Source: Vicugna vicugna (taxonomy: Eukaryota). Taken from it: 64,000 nt of DNA. Positions within the stretch are counted from its first letter, which is position 1. Each line of letters opens with the position of its first letter. A program made the translations under genes and the position numbers. Below, one piece after another: positions 57,456 to 64,000 of the stretch. The notes under the pieces are model-generated. The model saw only the letters and a list, made by a program, of their open reading frames with translations. It had not been told where the DNA came from and did not search any database. Where the stretch lies: positions 3,078,158 to 3,142,157 of the forward strand of contig MU058781.1 in the NCBI GenBank assembly GCA_013265495.1, written 5' to 3'.

Positions 57456-59214
57456 CACTGTAAAAAAAAAAACACGGACTTTAAGACACAAGCAAGAAGG
57501 TGCAGCCAAATATTCTCTTTAGAATGTCATAGGACTGTCTTGTTGAAGATGAGTAAGAGTCATACCTGTGACCAAGGAATGTCAGCCTTTGCTCTGACTC
57601 TCACCCCATCCTAGCTACTGTGAACATACACCCAGGTACCATCAAGCTGTTACCCCTTTTGTCAGAGCCAGTCAGTGGGAATGGGCCAGGATATCTCAAG
57701 CCCCTGAACTCCACATTGAGTCCTTAGTGGGAGTCAGTGAGAGCCAGGCTTGTCCTTTGCCAGCAAGCGGAGTAACCAGGACATATCTGAGGCAGGCTGC
57801 CCTTGCTCAATATTCCATAGGTCCCATGGGCTGGCCCCCTTCTACTTGGTTCCTGTGACCCAAAATATGGGTACCCAGATTATCCTTGGTCCCTCAGGGC
57901 TCAGCCTCCCAACTTTATCCCAAAGTGTGATGCAGTTAATAGAAACAGAATACCTGTCACAAACAGATCGAAATGGACACATTTTGAGGGGCAGTGAGTT
58001 CATCCATATCACGATACACATCTCATTAAATTGAAATGAAAGAAATTAAGGCCAACTGGTACTAATCCAGGTGCTAATGTTCCAGGTGCTTTGCTTTGGT
58101 CAGATATGGTGAGAGTAGGCTGCACAGGAGGAGAAATTAAATGTCTATGGTAGGCAGGTGAGAATGTAGGTGTAATACAACTACCAAACAAGAACAAAGG
58201 ATCATTACCTTACACTTCTGTTACCAGAGATTACTGCCAACCCCAGTATAGAGGAGTTATATATATTGATAGAAGTCACGCACAGAGTTTTTATGTGGGT
58301 GTCCTGTAGGAGCCTTCAAAGAGATCCAGTTCTATCTCACCAACTTTAAAAATTATTTTTAAACATTTATATTCCATTCTTTTTTCATGTTAATTCCTTC
58401 AAGAATGCATGGTTTAGATCTTCATAGAAATTTATCTAATAATGCAGAATAGCTGATTTTAGTCAAGCCAATATTATGGTATGTCTAATCTGTTGTCTTT
58501 AAATAGTAGCTGTTCATTCCATAAACTTGTTCCAGCATGCTCACAATCTATGCATAACAGAGATAAAGCTTTTGTGCCTGAGAAAGGTGCCAAGGAAGCT
58601 TACACTCCAGGATGGCTTTGTAGCAACAGACTCCCCGACAGCTAGACATACATGGAGACCTCTGTGCTGCCACTTGGTCCTGCGTCCTCATCCACAGAGA
58701 AACACTAATGCATCAACAGCAGGGGAAATTTCTGAGGATACCTTATAATGCAGATTTGAGTGAAATCCTCTGTATTAGTGAGTAACATAGGCATGGCTTT
58801 TCTGTACCCACACCTATGTTTTCTATATCACTATCTCTGCCGAAAAAGAAGAATGCATAGGTCTATACCCTCCACTTACAAATGTGTATGTCTTAAAAGA
58901 TAGTGACTACTTCTTGCCTTTTAAAAAATATCTAGGGGTGTTATCAGTGCTTTAAAGAAGAGTGCTGCATTTAATAAGCAGTTAATATAATTATAATATA
59001 ATATAATAATAAGCATTTAATAAATGCTTGTTGCTCTGCACTGGTGAGAAAATAATGCTGCAGACTCAGCACCTGAGCTGACTTAGTGGATAACATGGTC
59101 CCTCCTTCCACGATGCTCAGACAAGACCTTAAACGTGTGGCACTGTAGGAGAGAGGACCTTGGCTGCATTAGAGTGAGTTATAGTGAAAAATCTGATGAG
59201 AACTAACTTTGTTT

Positions 59215-59410
59215 TACTGTCCATTGCATAGTAGGCAGTGTGTTAAGCTCTTCAGATACAGTTACTTCATTGAATCCTCACAACTTTTTGAGGTGTGAGA
59301 TAAAAAAACAGAGATTTGGAGAAGTTTTGTGACACACTCAAGGTCAGACATTTAGTATGTTGTCAGATGAGGCACAGACCCCAAGACCATGCTTTTTCCG
59401 TTAGACCATG
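59215..59410 (-). mobile_element. MIR SINE
   Basis: aggcagtgtgttaagctcttcagatacagttacttcattgaatcctcacaac...gtgacacactcaaggtca. Confidence 0.75.
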
Positions 59411-61274
59411 TGTTGCTTCCTTCTTTTTCTTGTTTGCTGCACATTAACATCATCCTACTAACAATAAAGAGTGCACCCCTAAATATTTGCACAGGGTAAT
59501 CTGAGGGACCACTACCTTGAACTGGCCAAGTTCTAGGAGACTATTGTTGATTAAAACAAGAAGGACTTCGTTTCTCAGTTCTGCATACTTATAGTTGCAA
59601 AGAGGAAAGCAGAATATATATGAATTAAGCATCAGATAGCAAGATTTTCTTTTTTGTTATATTACTAGGAAAAGAAGATTATTTTTGATACACTGATGAC
59701 TAACATAAAATGAAACTTCCATCATGCTTGGGAAGAAATGTGAGTCAAATGGAATAATTTAGTATTTCAGTGTTTACTGTAGCCATCCAGCTCTCAAAAG
59801 GGAGACTAGAAATGATAGTTTTAAAAATAAGTATTCTATGTAAAGAATTAAATAGAGCTGGCCAAGAAGGAGTACGGTAAACATTTCAATTTTATACTAA
59901 AATTCATTTTGATAATCATCTTGCTGGATCTCGTGTTTCTCTCATGGGGATCATTAGGCTCTGACAATGTACTTTTCTGGTGATACTATCACTTAATTAA
60001 GCAGCTTATTTCAGTTGCCTGGGGCTTCCTACACCTTTATTTTAAAAATAAAAAAAGTCCTCTTTAGAACCTCTTGTTATTATCCTGACAATATTCTTCA
60101 GGTTCCTGGCATCATACGAGGCACTCACGAGTGGGTATTTTTATGCCCCTAGAAATAAGGAGTTTCATTCCATGATAAGCATACAACTGTTTTTCTACCA
60201 CTTAATAAGAGACATTACAAATAAAATAAATAAAAATACACATGTAAAATAGTAGTGAGAAAAAACTGCATTCAACCAGGAAAAATGATGCTTGCTCAGT
60301 GTCCTACCCTTAAAATTTTAATTGAAAAAATTTGAAAAACAATCAGATCATTCACTTGCATTATTTAGGTTTAGTTAATTATTTAAGGCATAACTTCATG
60401 ATTTATTAGTGTCACTTCTGTCAGTATTATATACTACACAGTCCTCAACTTCTCCCCGTGTTATTGAGAAAAGTCAGTTATAAAAAGTGTGTCATATTTT
60501 CCTGTGAGAACATGGTTGCTAGTAGTGGGGTGTGTGAGCTTGACCAATGGTTCAATGTCATAAATTACTGATAATCTGTTAAAAGGAAGGTATCTAACTT
60601 AAAATCTTTGAAATTATTTTAAATAAGTGCATTTAAACAGTAAAACACATTTTAATAAGTGCATTTAAACAGTAAAAGTGTTTCTCTAAATTTTGTAAAA
60701 ATCAGTGTGAATATACTATGCTTGTTGATTATTTAATGTACTGTAAAGTGCACGGCCAGCACATAATTATATATATTGTCTGGGTCACAATTTGACTTAT
60801 CTCCTCTTTATATGCTATCTAAAAAAAATTTATCAACGAAACTGCTTTCTGTCTTTGGAGGTTAGAAAAACTTTAAGGTGATGCTTTGATGGTCCAAGAG
60901 TCTTGAAGTTGCAGTTGGTAGCACCCTTTTCTTTTGTTAAAAATCTCTTTCAGCAAAAAGAATAATGCAAAACTTTCCTATTCTTAGCTAACAGTAATTA
61001 ATTAGAGTCAGTCTTTGAATACATGAAAATAAAAGTCATTTCTATAACTCTTCTAAGGACCTTCACTCTGGGAATTTGGACACCAAGAGCTTCATCCATC
61101 CCATCTTGTGATTCATCTTTTCATTGCTCTCATTTCAATGACAATTTTATGGGAGATAAAAGAAGAGAGGAAACACAAATAAGGAGCCGTAGAACCTGGT
61201 GAAGATGCCATGAGGTTGGGGAGGTGGCAGATGGGGAAAACAGGGCAAAGAGGGTGGAGGGACAGCAGTTTTAC

Positions 61275-61301
61275 AGACACACACACACACACACACACAC
61301 A
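61275..61301. repeat. (CA)n microsatellite
   Basis: Seen directly. Confidence 0.95.
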
Positions 61302-61689
61302 GGGAGTTCCCTGGATACACCTATTTCTTTTGAAGCTGAGGAACAAAGCAGCTGCTTGGAAACCATTGATTCCATATAAGTGATATATTTATGCATCATA
61401 AATTTACAACTCCTTCCCAATGCCAATGAGAATCAGATCAAGGATTTCAGTCCTACATGAGCAACTGAGCTTTGCAGATATTCAAAACATGGTTAATAAA
61501 GACCTGACATTAAGTGGAGGAAGTAATATAGGTAGCATGCCCTGAACTGGATATGACCCTGATAGACAATCAAAAAATAAAATTCTTTGTCTTTCATTGA
61601 AAACAAGTCAATTTAAATATTTATATTTGTATAAAATATTTATATGGTCATAAAAGCCTTTCTTTCTTTGAATAAGTGTATTGTAGTAG

Positions 61690-61830
61690 AAATAAAATAC
61701 ATTTCAAAGGCAAGTTGATATGGGTCTGAGTTTCAGTTCTGTCCTCACTAGCTGTGTGACCCTGTGCAGAGTTGTTCATGTCTCTGAATCCCAGATTCCT
61801 TGTATGTAGAATGAGATTAAAAATCTAACT
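61690..61830 (+). mobile_element. MIR SINE
   Basis: gggtctgagtttcagttctgtcctcactagctgtgtgaccctgtgcag...tctctgaatcccagattccttgtatgtagaatgag. Confidence 0.8.
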
Positions 61831-61904
61831 ATAAGAATCAATTATCCAGCTGTGAGGCTCAGCTATCCTATGGGTAAACACGCGGGTCCTGGTGTTCTCC
61901 CTGA

Positions 61905-62000
61905 TGCTCCAGGCATTGTTCCAAACAGTGAGGACAGAGGGGAAGCATACAGACCAAGTCCTTGCTCTTAGGAGTTTATATATTGATAAACAGGTTCAAT
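61905..62000 (-). mobile_element. LINE-2 3' fragment
   Basis: ccaggcattgttcca...tgaggacagagggga...agaccaagtccttgctcttaggagtttata. Confidence 0.6.
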
Positions 62001-64000
62001 AAATGATGGGATTTATAAATATATACAAAACATTGTGCTACAGAGTGAAGTGAAATACTGGGTGGATTATCTGCCTTCTAGAACCTGAAATGGTTCTGGT
62101 GATATTGGAGGAAAGAAGTAAATGTGAAAGAGATGGAAAAACAGCAGAAGAAGGTACTCCTGAAAAAATTAGAGTAGAAGTGTCTTGTGGATGAAATTGG
62201 GACCATAGTTAACGTAAACTGTAGATATAGAGGAGGAAACTGTCCCCCAGGTTCAGCTCTCTATTGCTGGAAACAAATAACTATGCTCAAGACTTGAGCA
62301 GCCCAAGACACCACAAATGAACTGATTGCAGAAAGGGACACCTACTTTGTCTCAATTCTCTCCTGAGTTAAGATTTTAAAGAAAAAAATTTAAATAAAGC
62401 CGTAATGGTGTATGTGTGGCAAGTGTGTTTTTATCTGCATATTTACATACAGCTGCTTCAGGATGTTAAAAGAGTCTGTGTGTTGCAAAACCGTGGGTTT
62501 TTTAATTACAGTTTGATTACATGCTTGATGTGCTTATAAATCTTAGCATGATCTGTATGATGGAAGTGGAAATGTTCCACGTTATTTTGGTCTCTTTTCT
62601 ACTTCACCAGCTCTCATGGTGCATAGGTGTTACCCATCACACATGCTACCAGATCTTTTGTCAATCCTTCCCCACTCTCCTCTGCATTTGAATCTCTGCT
62701 GCCAGGTGCTTGCTCATTCTTTTGCAGGTAAAAAGGAGTGGAGTGCAAAGATATCATTGTGAAAAGTCCCCCTTAATACCGAGCATTCCTTCTGCTGCTT
62801 TGCAGGATCAGATGGCAGTATTGTCATCCTTGGCGCAGCAGATACTTCACCTCAGGGATTACTATTTCTGTTCAGCATGGAGACAGTCTAATGTGCTGAG
62901 ATTATTATCATACATATGGCTTTTGTGTACTGTTTACAAAAAAATACTCCTGAAAGGAAGATAACTACTGAGGTTAATGCATCTACTTAGCGTGCTCTCT
63001 GCTACTTGGGTACCAGATCTTGGCAATGTATTCAGTTCTTTCTGTCAGCTCAGATTTGGAATTGTTCACCATGCGTCCCTGCAATGTATGGTATCTTATT
63101 CCTTTTAAAAGACCATTTGTTTCACCAGAAGGCAGCATACTCTTAAGAGTCACTTTGACTTCTTTATTCAAAAGAGCTCTTGTATTATTGACCTTAACAT
63201 TTCATCTGACAAAGTAAGCAATTAATTGTGAGCAGACCTTATGCATCTGCTGAAAGCATGCATCTCTCTTCCCTACAGTGTTCCAAAATCAAGCCAACAA
63301 GGTGAATAGTTTCAATGTAATTTGTTTGCCAATAGAAAAAATGAGGACTGTGGAAAGGAGAGGACTGAATCCTGTTTTGAAGCTATTTCTTAAAAAACAA
63401 GACGAAATAAAGCTGAGGTGTAAACATTGTGGAATGAAGGCTTCCATTCAGAAGGATGAATTTAGCCCCATGTTGTTATCTGACTATCGTTCAGTGTTTC
63501 TGCTGTGCTGTCTGACATGTAGTAAGAGCTTAAGAAATGTCTGCTGAGGGAATGAAATGACTGATAAATGTTTACACCTGAGATGGAGATCTTAAAAGTT
63601 AAGATCTTAAATGTTGAGTGTAATCTTAAGTGCTATGGAAATGGAACATTTTAATTTGATGCCACATATTAGATATTCTTTATGGGATTGTATTGCACAT
63701 TTTCTTCAAAAATAGTGACAGTTCCAAGGACTCTGCAAGTCCGATTTTCTCTCATGTTTTAAGGATCCCTGCTGCTAGGTAAGTGAACCTTACGGGAGGA
63801 TGCTCTTTTTCTAACGAAGCCTTGGGTAGACCTTGAGTCCAAGATTCGGAGCTGGAAGGCACGCACTGTGTTGCTTACTAGTCAAAATCATATTTCTTAT
63901 GAGTAAAGTGTTGTGGGGACTTTGGGTTCTTTATTGGGCTTTTTGGGTGCACATTTGCTTAACCTTTGAAATGAGATTCTTAAAAGAGAAACTGAGGCCT

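Noticed and set aside
59232..59252. taggcagtgtgttaagctc resembling miR-34/449
   Set aside because: It lies inside a MIR SINE and has no hairpin partner.
917..63547. The short ORFs (60-153 aa) in the six-frame track as protein-coding genes
   Set aside because: They are short, often start at non-ATG codons, overlap repeats or microsatellites, and match no protein I recognise. Only the two L1 ORF2 remnants show real homology, and those are decayed transposon sequence.
1..64000. CRISPR array, prokaryotic operon or defence system, NUMT, processed pseudogene, intact ERV genes
   Set aside because: The sequence is mammalian nuclear DNA. I saw no regularly spaced repeat-spacer units, mitochondrial gene similarity, gag/pol/env frames or poly(A)-tailed mRNA copy.

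Overview
This is AT-rich, CpG-poor placental-mammal genomic DNA, most likely from a camelid (alpaca/llama/camel). The assignment rests on two tRNA-derived Vic-1-type SINEs and several young camelid-type L1 3' ends with intact target-site duplications (TSDs). I cannot support any complete protein-coding gene, rRNA, genuine tRNA, CRISPR array or CpG island. The only ORF-track entries with recognisable protein similarity are decayed LINE-1 ORF2 pieces (30832-31074 minus, 52228-52500 plus). The window looks like a large intron or intergenic region filled with interspersed repeats of all ages (L2, MIR, MER5/MER33/Charlie DNA transposons, MLT1/MER21/ERV solo LTRs, old and young L1, Vic-1) plus microsatellites. 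Between them are repeat-free blocks that may hold enhancers or small exons. The most notable observations are a serial same-site L1+SINE insertion with a triplicated target site (19274-19868), an exact 25-nt dispersed duplication (23520/24500), and a few well-formed candidate exons on the minus strand (137-179, ~28355-28575, 34699-34739). I found no convincing novel biological system. Repeat family names come from recalled consensus sequences, not a database search, and boundaries are approximate unless a TSD is quoted.
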